Source of the DNA: Abditibacterium sp.
Lineage (GTDB): Bacteria; Armatimonadota; Abditibacteriia; Abditibacteriales; Abditibacteriaceae
Reading direction: 5' to 3'
DNA: 64,000 nucleotides
Assembly (NCBI GenBank): GCA_965246885.1
Contig: OZ251992.1
Span: 1,728,001-1,792,000, forward strand
Positions within the stretch are counted from its first letter, which is position 1. The number at the start of each line of letters is the position of its first letter. This document shows positions 1 through 9,240 of this stretch, one piece after another. The notes below the pieces were generated by a model that worked only from the letters and a program-made list of their open reading frames with translations, had not been told where the DNA came from and did no database searches. The position numbers and the translations under genes were made by a program.

Positions 1-252
1 GCCGCCGAGCGAATCGAACGAGGCGGTCACGTTGATAGCGACCGGAGAAGCGCCGAGGTGTTGCCCCCAGTTGGCCAGCGCCGCCTCGAACGCCGCGCGC
101 CGCGCCGCGCCGACGGAAGGATCATAGAACCCTTGGCCGTTCGCGTTGGTATAAGTGACGGCGAAAGTTGCCGCGCGCGCTGGAGACAGCGCGAAAAGCA
201 AGACCAAAAAACCAAGCAGGCGCCCGGCAGTGCGGATGGCGTGTGTGGACAT
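1..252 (-). CDS. Secreted protein, 5' part only (runs off window); possibly zinc-metalloprotease-like
   Basis: Manual translation from ATG 252: MSTHAIRTAGRLLGFLVLLFALSPARAATFAVTYTNANGQGFYDPSVGAARRAAFEAALANWGQHLGASPVAINVTASF; signal peptide ending ARA; not in ORF track. Confidence 0.65.
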   Translation of the reverse strand, partial: MSTHAIRTAGRLLGFLVLLFALSPARAATFAVTYTNANGQGFYDPSVGAARRAAFEAALANWGQHLGASPVAINVTASFDSLGG

Positions 253-292
253 AAGGATGTGGGTATCGGATCTATGGCGAGCGCGGAGCGCG

Positions 293-616
293 TTAACGGG
301 AGTAGTGACGATGGCGCTTGTGGTGGCGCGCCTTGGCTTTGGCTTTGAGGGTGGGGGAAGAAGAGGGGTCAACGTCGGCCATGATGCCGTTGCGCGGGTC
401 GGGCGCGTGGCGGATGTTGGTCAAGCGGATGCCGTTGGGGGTGGTTCCGGCCTTGGAGGATGCCGTCGTGCGCGAGGTGGGAGCGGGAACGTGGCGCACG
501 AAGACACCGGGGAACTTCGAGGGCGTGAACCCCAGAGGGGCGGGGGCGTTTTGGGCGGAAGCCGCTTCCGCCAACATCAACAGCGCCGTAGAGACGGCGA
601 ACAAGGAAGATTTCAT
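293..616 (-). CDS. Small secreted hypothetical protein with basic His/Lys/Arg tail
   Basis: Signal peptide MKSSLFAVSTALLMLAEAASAQ; fits gap between neighbours. Confidence 0.6.
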   Translation of the reverse strand: MKSSLFAVSTALLMLAEAASAQNAPAPLGFTPSKFPGVFVRHVPAPTSRTTASSKAGTTPNGIRLTNIRHAPDPRNGIMADVDPSSSPTLKAKAKARHHKRHRHYSR

Positions 617-625
617 ACCAAAGCC

Positions 626-1786
626 TTATGGGTGCGGCGGCAGTTTGACACAATTTTCGCCGCTTGCAAACTCCGCCGCCATTCCGGGGATGGGACGCAA
701 ATAACCTTCAACCAGCACATCTTCGCCCATCACCCGCGTTTGAACCAGTGACAAACGCGGCGCTCCCGCCAAGTCGTCCGCGCTAAATCCGGCCAGCGCC
801 GACTTGCCCTCGCCCATCAGCATCGGTGCCGAGAACCACGCGACTTTGTCTACCACGTTTGCGCGCAAAGCACTGCCCGCGACGCGCGCGCCGCCCTCAA
901 TCAGCACCGACACAATGTCGCGGCGCGCAAGGTCTTCCAAAAACGGCACCCATTGCAAGAGGCCGTCCTCGCGCGCGACCGCGACCACCGTCGCGCCGCG
1001 CTCGCGTAGCGCCGCGACCCGCTCCGGCGGCGCCGCGTCGGAGACCGCGATCAGCACTGCGGGCGCGTCCGTCCACAAGCGCGCGTCGAGTGGCAAGCGC
1101 GCGCCGCCATCCAACACAACGCGAATGGGTTGCGTCGTCGGTTCGTCGCGGCGCACGGATAACTGCGGGTCGTCGGCCAGCACGGTTTCGATGCCCACGA
1201 CAACGGCATCGGCGTAGTGACGCAATTGGTGGGCGTAGGCGCGCGACTCCGGGCCGGTAATCCAGCGTGATTGGCCGCTTGGAAGCGCGATTTTGCCGTC
1301 CAGCGAGGTAGCGGATTTGAGGCACACGAACGGTGTGGCGCGCACGATGGAAAACAGGAACTCGTCCATCGCCCGCGCGCAGTCGGCGGCCAGCACGCCT
1401 TCGACGACTTCCACGCCCGCCGCGCGCAACTGCCGAAAGCCTTGGCCCGCGACAGCGGGATTGGGGTCGAGAACCCCTGCCACTACGCGCACTATGCCTG
1501 CTTCCAACAGGGCGAAGGTGCAGGGCGGGGTAGTGGCGTAGTGCGAGCAGGGTTCGAGCGTCACGTACGCCGTCGCGCCGCGCGCTCTGGCTCCGGCTTC
1601 GCGCAGAGCCATGACCTCGCCGTGCGGGTTGCCGTTGCCCTTTTGGGTATGCCCGCCGCCCACGACCGTCCCATCGTGGACAATGACGCATCCTACGCTG
1701 GGGCGGGGCGAAGTCCAGCCTTTGCCGCGCGCGCTCCATTGGAGGGCCTCGCGCATCCAATGCGCGTCGGCGTCACGCTGTTTCAT
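626..1786 (-). CDS. ribD: Bifunctional riboflavin biosynthesis deaminase/reductase
   Basis: HGE...TLEPCSH...PPC zinc deaminase motif; KSATSLDGKIA, SRWITG, EGG reductase motifs. Confidence 0.95.
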   Translation of the reverse strand: MKQRDADAHWMREALQWSARGKGWTSPRPSVGCVIVHDGTVVGGGHTQKGNGNPHGEVMALREAGARARGATAYVTLEPCSHYATTPPCTFALLEAGIVRVVAGVLDPNPAVAGQGFRQLRAAGVEVVEGVLAADCARAMDEFLFSIVRATPFVCLKSATSLDGKIALPSGQSRWITGPESRAYAHQLRHYADAVVVGIETVLADDPQLSVRRDEPTTQPIRVVLDGGARLPLDARLWTDAPAVLIAVSDAAPPERVAALRERGATVVAVAREDGLLQWVPFLEDLARRDIVSVLIEGGARVAGSALRANVVDKVAWFSAPMLMGEGKSALAGFSADDLAGAPRLSLVQTRVMGEDVLVEGYLRPIPGMAAEFASGENCVKLPPHP

Positions 1787-2210
1787 CGCTGCCTCCCTGT
1801 TCCGCTCGTTGTGCGCGCGCCAACTCCCGCTCCAAGGCGTCTTTCGACTGCCGCGCGCGCTTGGCGGCCTCGATGCGCCCGATTTGCACCGTCCAGAAGA
1901 TGTCCAACGACATCAAAGCAAAGGCGACCAGCATCAGCGCGAGGGCGCTGCCCGACACTTGCACGAACTGCTTGATATGCACCCGGTCGGCACTTGAACG
2001 GGGCCACAGATACACCGTCGAAATGAAGAAGCCCGCCAGCACGAGAAGCCACGTCACTCCGGACAGCAGTCGAAAGCGCAGGTGCTGGGCCGTCAGCGCC
2101 GACTCGCCGCGCGAAAAGCGCAGCCACTCCCACACGGCGATGCCGCCGATGGCGATAAAGAAGGTGCCGCACAGCGCGGCGAAAATCCAACGGACAACTA
2201 AAGTGGACAT
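1773..2210 (-). CDS. Hypothetical membrane protein (3 TM)
   Basis: Three hydrophobic segments; overlaps ribD start. Confidence 0.7.
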   Translation of the reverse strand: MSTLVVRWIFAALCGTFFIAIGGIAVWEWLRFSRGESALTAQHLRFRLLSGVTWLLVLAGFFISTVYLWPRSSADRVHIKQFVQVSGSALALMLVAFALMSLDIFWTVQIGRIEAAKRARQSKDALERELARAQRAEQGGSDETA

Positions 2211-2324
2211 AAGCGCAGTTCTTCCCGTTTCTTGAAGTTGATTTTAACGCGCCACCGCCTGCACCTCGGATTTGCCCCTTCCATCGGGTAAAATAAAAGC
2301 AGTTCTTTGTTTTCCAAACACCTC

Positions 2325-3212
2325 ATGTCCTCCCGCCCCTTCGCGCCGCGCCGCGCTGCGTTCACGCTTGTGGAAATCTTGGTCGTCGTCGGCATCATCC
2401 TCTTGCTGGCCGCTATCTTATTCCCAGTTTTTTCCAAAGTGCGCGAGACTGGGCGCCGAAGTGTGTGCAACTCCAACATGCACCAGTTGGGCTTGGCCTT
2501 CCAACAATACACGCAGGATTTCGGCGGGCGCTACCCCTACGCGGGCAACTACCAAGTCTGGGCCGGAACCGATGCCGCCTCCGTTCCCACTGCATGGAAG
2601 GGCGCGACGGCGCATTGGGTCACAGGCGGCGATGTGGGCGGCATCCCTAAGAACTACACCGATGCGGAGAAAGGTTTAGCGGACAGCACCAAACCCACCA
2701 CGCCCACTCCCGGCAAGGACGACTTCAAAACAGTTCCCGGACGGCAGGCGTATGTCGAAAAAGGCGCGCTTTTTCCCTATGCTAAGTCCGCTTCGGTTTA
2801 CGTTTGCCCCTCTGCCCCAGACGGGGACGTGCGCAAATTGTCTTATTCGATGAACTGCGCCATCGCGGGCATCTCCGGCGTTCGCATCCGCAACGCCAGC
2901 GAGGTCGTGCTTTTAGTGGACGAGGGCCGCTCTCTCAACGACGGGTATTTCTGGGCTAGCGACGCAGGCGGTGGCGTTTCGACCGACTCCCTCTTCGACG
3001 GGCACAACGGCTCCGGCAACCTCTTATTCGCCGACGGCCACGTGAAATCCGTGCTTTCTTCCGAACACCCGCTCGACTATTCCACCCAAGGAATCGCCAA
3101 CAAGATGCTGCTTTCCGGGGACATCCGCTTCCGCGACGCCGCCTTTGGCAAAAAGGGATCTAACATCGCTCCCTCCGGCACTCAAACAACTTGCGGCGAC
3201 TCACTTCCCTGA
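2325..3212 (+). CDS. Prepilin-type N-terminal cleavage/methylation protein (DUF1559, H-X9-DG)
   Basis: AFTLVEILVVVGII..FPVF, C.SNMHQLGLAFQQY.QD, HNGSGNLLFADGHVK. Confidence 0.9.
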   Translation: MSSRPFAPRRAAFTLVEILVVVGIILLLAAILFPVFSKVRETGRRSVCNSNMHQLGLAFQQYTQDFGGRYPYAGNYQVWAGTDAASVPTAWKGATAHWVTGGDVGGIPKNYTDAEKGLADSTKPTTPTPGKDDFKTVPGRQAYVEKGALFPYAKSASVYVCPSAPDGDVRKLSYSMNCAIAGISGVRIRNASEVVLLVDEGRSLNDGYFWASDAGGGVSTDSLFDGHNGSGNLLFADGHVKSVLSSEHPLDYSTQGIANKMLLSGDIRFRDAAFGKKGSNIAPSGTQTTCGDSLP

Positions 3213-3275
3213 GCAACTTGTCAGCGCGCTCGCTGTCTTACACTCCACGCCCTGCGGGGCGCGGAGTTTTTCATT

Positions 3276-4115
3276 ATGATTACACGCCGGGCCGCTTTTA
3301 CCCTTATAGAATTATTGACAGTTATTGCCATCATCGCCATATTGGCCTCGATGATCTTCCCCACCTTCGCTAAGGCCCGCGAAATGGCGCGCCGCGCCTC
3401 GTGCCAATCCAACATGAAGCAGTTGGGCTTGGGCTTCGCGCTCTACATCCAAGACTACGACTACCGCTACCCCTACGCGGGCAATTATCAGCACTGGGCG
3501 GATGGAGGTCATTGGGTCGCTGGCGTCAACAGCACTGCCGCCAATGGCTCGCCCGGTGCCCTCGCCAAGTTCACTTACCCTTACACCGCCACCGGCGCGA
3601 AGGCGTCCCCAGAAAAAGGAGCGCTGTATCCCTACGTCAAAAGCGCTCAGGTCTACGTTTGCCCCTCCAGCCGCGACGGGGAAAAGACCGGACTTTCCTA
3701 CGGCATGAACTGGAACTTGGGGGGTGCGTCGGAAGTTGCTATTCAACAAGGCTCCGAACTTATTCTGCTCGTGGACGAAGCCTACCCAACGGACGGCTTT
3801 TTCTGGGCGACTAATAAACCCGAGGCCAGCGACCAGTTACAACAAATCCACAACGGCGGCGGGAACCTGCTGATGTGCGATGGGCACGTCAAGTTCTACC
3901 CCTTTGCCCGCTTCCCGGCAGGCGACAACAGTGACTCCGATGCTTCAGTTGCCGCCGCATCCAAAGCCATTAAAATAAATCCGACCGTTTCGCCGCGCTT
4001 CATCGAGCCGGACATGGCCCAAGGCACCTTCGATCCCAGCGCCACGCCCGTGCCCACTGCCACTCCCGGCCCCACCGCCACCCCCGGCCCGACGCCCACT
4101 CCCACCGGCCCCTAA
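3276..4115 (+). CDS. Prepilin-type DUF1559/H-X9-DG protein, tandem paralog with PT-rich tail
   Basis: [40 protein letters not shown]; shares YPYAGNYQ and EKGAL.PY.KSA.VYVCPS with upstream gene. Confidence 0.9.
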   Translation: MITRRAAFTLIELLTVIAIIAILASMIFPTFAKAREMARRASCQSNMKQLGLGFALYIQDYDYRYPYAGNYQHWADGGHWVAGVNSTAANGSPGALAKFTYPYTATGAKASPEKGALYPYVKSAQVYVCPSSRDGEKTGLSYGMNWNLGGASEVAIQQGSELILLVDEAYPTDGFFWATNKPEASDQLQQIHNGGGNLLMCDGHVKFYPFARFPAGDNSDSDASVAAASKAIKINPTVSPRFIEPDMAQGTFDPSATPVPTATPGPTATPGPTPTPTGP

Positions 4116-4121
4116 TCCTAC

Positions 4122-4868
4122 GTGTCTACCCCCGTTTCTTTCCGCGAGCAGTTGTTCGACCGCTACAAGTTGCTCTTCGATTGGTTGCCCGAAGGTGCCG
4201 CGCCCGTGCTTGACGTCGGGTGCGGCAACGGCATTTATACGCAACACCTCGCGCGCAAAAGCGGTGCGGCGGTCGGCGTTGACCACAACCAAGCCAACCT
4301 CGCGTGGGCCAAACGGGAGTTTCCCGGTTGTGAGTTCGTCCTGTCCAACGGCGAGAATCTGCCCTTTGCTGACGCTTCCTTTGGCGCTGTAATGTTGACG
4401 GAAGTGCTCGAACACACGCGCGACGACCGCCAAGCCCTGCGCGAAATCGCCCGCGTCTTGCGCCCCGGCGGAACCTTGCTGCTTTCGACGCCCCATCGCG
4501 GACTTTTCGCGGGAATCGACCCCGACAACGCGCTCAACTCCTTCTTTGCGGGGGTCTCGAAACTGCGAATCCCCAAGCCGCGCGGCGGCAGGTTCTACGA
4601 CGGCTTTCGCTTCGACTGGCACCGCCACTACTCCGAGGCCGAACTGCGCGACTTGTTGGGCGATGGCTTCCGCGTCGAGCAAGTCGCTTTTGGCGGTCTG
4701 CTGCTTTACCCCCTGCTATACGGTGTCGAAAACATCTTGGACTCCTTCGGCGACACGCGCTCCTATTGGAAGGACTACCGCCTCCTGCGCCGCGCGCGCG
4801 GGCTGGACTTCAATCTGAGTTTCGGCGCGTGGAGCTACAACATCGCGCTGCGCTGTGTGCGGGTGTAA
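4122..4868 (+). CDS. Class I SAM-dependent methyltransferase
   Basis: VLDVGCGNG, LPFADASF, EVLEH, RVLRPGG. Confidence 0.85.
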   Translation: MSTPVSFREQLFDRYKLLFDWLPEGAAPVLDVGCGNGIYTQHLARKSGAAVGVDHNQANLAWAKREFPGCEFVLSNGENLPFADASFGAVMLTEVLEHTRDDRQALREIARVLRPGGTLLLSTPHRGLFAGIDPDNALNSFFAGVSKLRIPKPRGGRFYDGFRFDWHRHYSEAELRDLLGDGFRVEQVAFGGLLLYPLLYGVENILDSFGDTRSYWKDYRLLRRARGLDFNLSFGAWSYNIALRCVRV

Positions 4869-4871
4869 CCC

Positions 4872-6848
4872 TTACACCTTCGCGGCGACGACGACCGCAT
4901 CATCCGCGCGCACGATGACGTAGTTCCCGCGTTGGGCAATTTCGACTTTGGCGCCGGTCTTCCAGTCGGCTTTGCCGCTTGCGTTAGCCTTAGCGCCCGA
5001 CACTTTGGCGCCGCTCGCATCAAGCGCCACGCTCACTTTGCCGAGCGAAACCGTCGCGGTTTTGCCGCCACTCAGGTCGGGTAACGGGAAACGCAGCGTT
5101 TCGCCGCCCCAAAAGCGGCCCTTGTGTTCGAGGGTCGAGGCGCCATTGGTGGTTTGCGCAATCCAGAAGCCTTTGGGCGTGCTCCATCCGCCCATCGTTT
5201 CGGCTTGTTGCTCGACCTCGAAGATGGCGGGGACTTTGGCCCACGTCGGGCGGGCGCTTGGCCACTCGACCGAAAACGAGCGGGTGAGGGCGCCGCCCTG
5301 CGCCCAAATGCCCGCCCGCCCGTCTTTGCGGTCAGCGTTGAAAGCGTCTATCACCAGTTCCTCATCGCAGCGCGCGGCGAGATAACCGCGCTCATCACTA
5401 AGCGTCCACACGCGGTTCGAGCCGTCGAAGCGCGCGCCGTCAGCCGTTTGCGATAGAACCGTTGTCTTGCCTTTAAGCGTTTGCACGATCTGCACTTGCC
5501 CACGCGCCACGCCCGACTTCGAGCCGCCCACGCGCAGAAGGTAGGCGCCTTCTCCCGCTTTGTGGTTGAGAATTAGCCCTGCCGCGCCGCTTGCGGGAAT
5601 CGAAAGCTGAGCCGTCGCCGTGTAGCCGCTCCACCCTTGCTCGCCCATCACGGCAAAAGCGCCGCGCGGCCCGACGGGGCGGGCGACGCCGTTGCCGAAC
5701 GCGAACTGGCCCGCGACCGTCGTCCAACGGCCCGCAACCGGCGCGTGGAAGGGGTCGAAGAAATCGGGCAGGGAGCGCACCGACACGTCGTCGAATACCG
5801 CGCCGACGCCCTTCAAATCGTCGCCCGCAACGGGCAAGTTGGCGAGCAACCCGACCTGCCCGCGCGCGAACATCCCGGTATTGGCGCGCGCGACCTCGAC
5901 ATCATCCACAAACGCGCGTAGTGTCCCGCTCGCCGCAACGAGCTTGAGGCGCACCCACTCGCGCTGCTCAAAGCCGCCCGTGTTGGTGGCGCGCGCCAGA
6001 ACGCGAGATTTGCCGTCCACAACCGCGCGCAGTTCCGGCGCGCCTTTCTCGCTCCAAAACAGGCCGAGGTAGTTCTTCGCGTCTTGCACGTCGGTGAGCA
6101 GCGCGATTTCCGTTGCGCCTTGCGGCAAGGCCGACACACTCGCTTCGTAATCGCTCCAAAACGGGCGCCCCGCCACGCTCAAATTCTCGCCCGCCGCGAG
6201 GGGACGAAACGCGAACGGGTTCAGACTCTGCGCGACGAGCGCCTCGGAGTTTTCGGTCAATCCCGTCGTTTTCCACGCTCCCGTCAAGCCCGTCCAAATC
6301 GTTTCGGTGATGGCCGCGTCGCGGATTTTGACGCCCGCGCGCGGGTTGGCGAGCGCGTCTTTCAACGCCACATCCGACGCGACGCGCATGAAATCGTCGT
6401 CAAACGCGATGGTCTCGACCGGTTGCAAGCGCACGCCCGACAAGGCGCCGCGCGTGCCGATTTTGCCTTTGGTAAACGTTGCGTCTTCCGCTTCAAGCAG
6501 CGTCTGCCCCGCAAGAGTGAAGCGCCAACGCGGGCCGCGTCGTTGCGCCACCAAGGGCGCCGGAAGCGCGACTTTGGGAAGCGGCGCGCTCGCCACAAGG
6601 AAAGTTTTGCCGCCCGTCGTTTCGAGCAAATCGGCCTTCCCATTCCCCAAGCGCAACACATATCCGCCGCCCTGCGCGTCTTGGTCGAGCGCCAACTCCG
6701 ACCCGAACTTCTCGACTTTAGCCGAGACATCGAAGTCGGTATCTTCGGCTTCGTCATCCAAGAACTGCCACGCCGGAGCGGGTTTGGGCTGGGCAAGCGC
6801 GGGCGTCGCGGCGGCGAGTAGCAGGGGAAGCAAAAGGGCGCGTTTCAT
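4872..6848 (-). CDS. Large secreted beta-rich protein (lectin/DUF1080-like domains suspected)
   Basis: Start reassigned to MKRALLLPLLLAAATPALAQ (signal peptide); repeated W.DY.A / G.VGL / FDDV.V type segments. Confidence 0.7.
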   Translation of the reverse strand: MKRALLLPLLLAAATPALAQPKPAPAWQFLDDEAEDTDFDVSAKVEKFGSELALDQDAQGGGYVLRLGNGKADLLETTGGKTFLVASAPLPKVALPAPLVAQRRGPRWRFTLAGQTLLEAEDATFTKGKIGTRGALSGVRLQPVETIAFDDDFMRVASDVALKDALANPRAGVKIRDAAITETIWTGLTGAWKTTGLTENSEALVAQSLNPFAFRPLAAGENLSVAGRPFWSDYEASVSALPQGATEIALLTDVQDAKNYLGLFWSEKGAPELRAVVDGKSRVLARATNTGGFEQREWVRLKLVAASGTLRAFVDDVEVARANTGMFARGQVGLLANLPVAGDDLKGVGAVFDDVSVRSLPDFFDPFHAPVAGRWTTVAGQFAFGNGVARPVGPRGAFAVMGEQGWSGYTATAQLSIPASGAAGLILNHKAGEGAYLLRVGGSKSGVARGQVQIVQTLKGKTTVLSQTADGARFDGSNRVWTLSDERGYLAARCDEELVIDAFNADRKDGRAGIWAQGGALTRSFSVEWPSARPTWAKVPAIFEVEQQAETMGGWSTPKGFWIAQTTNGASTLEHKGRFWGGETLRFPLPDLSGGKTATVSLGKVSVALDASGAKVSGAKANASGKADWKTGAKVEIAQRGNYVIVRADDAVVVAAKV

Positions 6849-7029
6849 GGCTTCCTTTAGAAGTCCCGCGCGCGCGGCGGTTGCCCCGTCGCGGAAAAAT
6901 GCGTGGTGAGCGAATGGCAAACCTTGAACTTGTAAAGCGTCTTGATGTTCCTTTCTGCCTAACAAATGGCGCGCGCGGTTTTTGCACCGTCGCCACTCTT
7001 CTCGCAGGCTGATTCCGTTGTTAGCGCAT

Positions 7030-7205
7030 CGAAACAGGTGAACAGACGACCGAAACATGCCGCGAGGCGACCGTAGCAAGCCAATACATAATAGCAACAT
7101 GCGACGAGACGACCGTGACAGGCCGCGAGACGACCGAAACATGCGGATACATAATAGCAATATGCGAACAGACGACCGAAACAGGTGAATAGACGACCGA
7201 AACAG
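7030..7205. repeat. Degenerate 21-bp tandem array (~8 units)
   Basis: Units such as cgaaacaggtgaacagacgac, cgaaacatgccgcgaggcgac, cgtgacaggccgcgagacgac, cgaaacaggtgaatagacgac. Confidence 0.9.
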
Positions 7206-7296
7206 CGTAGTTCACGCTCAGAGTCCGCCCGCAAGGGCGTTTTTCCCCACAAACTGTGCCCGAACAAACCATCGTGAACGGGAAACTGCCGCAGTT

Positions 7297-7423
7297 GGCA
7301 GCGCCTCTCGCCCCTAACGCAAGCCCCTCCGTCGTTAATCGAAGACCTTCCGTTAACGCCGCAAGCCCTCGCGTCGCTTGTAGAAGCCCCTCTCGCCGTC
7401 CTCGCAACCCGTGCGCCCCATGC
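7297..7423. repeat. Degenerate 21-bp tandem array (~5-6 units)
   Basis: cgcaagcccc / cgaagacctt / cgcaagccct / agaagcccct / cgcaacccgt recur every 21 nt. Confidence 0.7.
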
Positions 7424-7517
7424 CTCACTTGTCCAAGCCTACAAGTTTGGAGTAAAATTACGCCCGCAGTCCGACGTTATGCCGCAGAAACCGACTGATT
7501 CGCGGCATAATACCATT

Positions 7518-8357
7518 GTTAGGCCCTTTCCCACTCTATGTCTGAAACACACACCTTTCAAATATACCGCTCACGTATAGAATATTTGGAGCAGCATTTA
7601 CAGTTGATTGACATCGCACTCACAAAGCTCGCACAGACCACAAAGCAACAACGGCACGCAGGGAAGACTATCCTGCAAGTACTCCAAATTACCGGAGATC
7701 GTCATCAGCGACTTAATCACCCCATATCGAATACACCGCGGCTTTGCAACTTCTCTCGGCGTCGCAACATCGAACTTGCATTCCAGTCTTTATATCATCA
7801 CTTCGCCGAGTATATGAGGGGTATTCTTCGCGAGTTATACGACCACGATCCCAAGATGATCGTCGGCAAGGCTCCCAACTGCTTACAGTTTCACGAGATT
7901 GTCGAACTGGCTACTTACGAGAAGGTTGTTGAGCGTATGATCGATGATGTCTTTCGACGTTTACAGAGCGAGCGGAGCGACCTGAAACTCCTCGATAAGG
8001 TTCTCCTTCATACTGGAGTTCATCTCACAGATGCAGCGAAATCCCAAGGTCTCGCCTACCTTGGGATTCGTCACCTAATCGTTCACAACCAGGGAAAAGC
8101 CGACCAGAAGTTCTCCCAAGACTATGGGGCTATCATTCCTACACTTGTTGGCCAACCTTTGCCGATGCAGTTTCGCACAGCGGCAGACGCAATTACAGCA
8201 GTCAACAACCTCATTACAGAGATCGACACACAACTTATTCAACGTGGGCTTGTAACCCCAAGGGGCTAACCATGCGCTGCACCGAACCCGGCCATCGCGT
8301 CGAGGTTGCTATCTAACGCCCTCGTGGGTCGGGTCGCTGAGGTTGTGTCGTCGTGGC
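7518..8357 (+). mobile_element. Integron-type gene cassette (GTTAGGC core, ORF, attC-like site)
   Basis: GTTAGGC at 7518-7524 just before ATG 7538; GGCTAAC overlapping the stop (8264-8270); imperfect hairpin ctgcaccgaacccggcc...ggtcgggtcgctgag with extra unpaired bases; lower GC. Confidence 0.7.
7538..8269 (+). CDS. Hypothetical protein with HEPN-like Rx4H motif
   Basis: 243-aa lower-GC ORF, predominantly helical composition, C-terminal RHLIVHNQG. Confidence 0.7.
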   Translation: MSETHTFQIYRSRIEYLEQHLQLIDIALTKLAQTTKQQRHAGKTILQVLQITGDRHQRLNHPISNTPRLCNFSRRRNIELAFQSLYHHFAEYMRGILRELYDHDPKMIVGKAPNCLQFHEIVELATYEKVVERMIDDVFRRLQSERSDLKLLDKVLLHTGVHLTDAAKSQGLAYLGIRHLIVHNQGKADQKFSQDYGAIIPTLVGQPLPMQFRTAADAITAVNNLITEIDTQLIQRGLVTPRG

Positions 8358-8368
8358 GGCTTGTTTTG

Positions 8369-8542
8369 TTACGTCAGTCTCGCTTCGGGTTCGGGGGCGC
8401 GGCCCTTCGCGCGCCGCAGCCATCCGAAACTCCATTCGCTTCGCCCCAGCAATCCTTGCGGGCGCAGGAGCATGACGACGATGAGGATGACTGAGTAGAT
8501 GACGTAGCGGAGCGCGCCTTTGGACGATTCCAGAAAGCCGCG
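8369..8542 (-). pseudogene. Duplicated 3' fragment of the branched-chain amino acid permease (livM)
   Basis: Translates RGFLESSKGALRYVIYSVILIVVMLLRPQGLLGRSEWSFGWLRRAKGRAPEPEARLT*, colinear with the livM C-terminus encoded at 9241-9414. Confidence 0.9.
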
Positions 8543-8586
8543 CGGAGGAATTGAGTGGATAGACTAATAGATAATCGAGGTTTCAA

Positions 8587-8820
8587 ATGGTTCAAACATC
8601 CGAAGCGGTATTTGATGGCAAGGTGCTTCACCCCGATGAGCCACTCGCCATTGAACCTAACACGCGCGTTCGGCTGGTGATTGAAACGGTGCCAGAAGCG
8701 GAAGCCCGGCCCGCTTCTTTTCTTCGCACCGCCCGCGCGCTCAACTTGGAAGGGCCAGAGGATTGGTCAACCAACTTGGACGCTTATTTATACGGGAAGG
8801 AAGAGCCGAGTGGAGGCTGA
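8587..8820 (+). CDS. Antitoxin, AF2212/DUF104-like
   Basis: EAVFDGKVLHPDEPL...RVRLVI motif; DWSTNLDAYLYG tail; overlaps PIN toxin start. Confidence 0.75.
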   Translation: MVQTSEAVFDGKVLHPDEPLAIEPNTRVRLVIETVPEAEARPASFLRTARALNLEGPEDWSTNLDAYLYGKEEPSGG

Positions 8821-9232
8821 GGTTTTCTTGGACACCGCTTATGCTCTTGCCCTGTCGTCTTCGCGCGACCATTTGCACGGCGTCGCGCTTCGCTTGGCAG
8901 ATGAGTTGGAAGAGGCCGGAACTCGCTTGGTAACGACGCGCGCTATCTTGATGGAGTTGGGCAACGCGCTGTCCAAACAACAGTTCCGCCCTGCTGCGGT
9001 GGCGTTGTTGCAATCGCTTGAAGCAGACCCCAATGTCGAGATCGTCCCGTTTTCTGAGGAGCTTTATGCCCAAGCGTTCAAGCTCTATCGGGAGCGGCCT
9101 GACAAAGAGTGGGGGCTGATTGACTGCGTGTCCTTTGTCGTTATGCAAGAGCGCGGCCTCATCGAAGCCCTAACCACCGATGAGCATTATGTGCAAGCGG
9201 GTTTCAGGGCGCTCATGCGTGGGGCAACGTGA
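8810..9232 (+). CDS. vapC: PIN-domain (VapC family) toxin
   Basis: GTG start; VFLDTAY, E in LMELGN, DKEWGLIDCVSF, ALTTDEHYVQAGF. Confidence 0.9.
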   Translation: MEAEVFLDTAYALALSSSRDHLHGVALRLADELEEAGTRLVTTRAILMELGNALSKQQFRPAAVALLQSLEADPNVEIVPFSEELYAQAFKLYRERPDKEWGLIDCVSFVVMQERGLIEALTTDEHYVQAGFRALMRGAT

Positions 9233-9240
9233 GCTATCCG

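Noticed and set aside
1787..2324. FMN riboswitch upstream of ribD
   Set aside because: No recognisable RFN conserved sequence; region is mostly coding
6849..7160. N-terminal extension of ORF 4872..7160
   Set aside because: Runs through a 21-bp repeat array; a signal peptide and AAGGA RBS support the start at 6848
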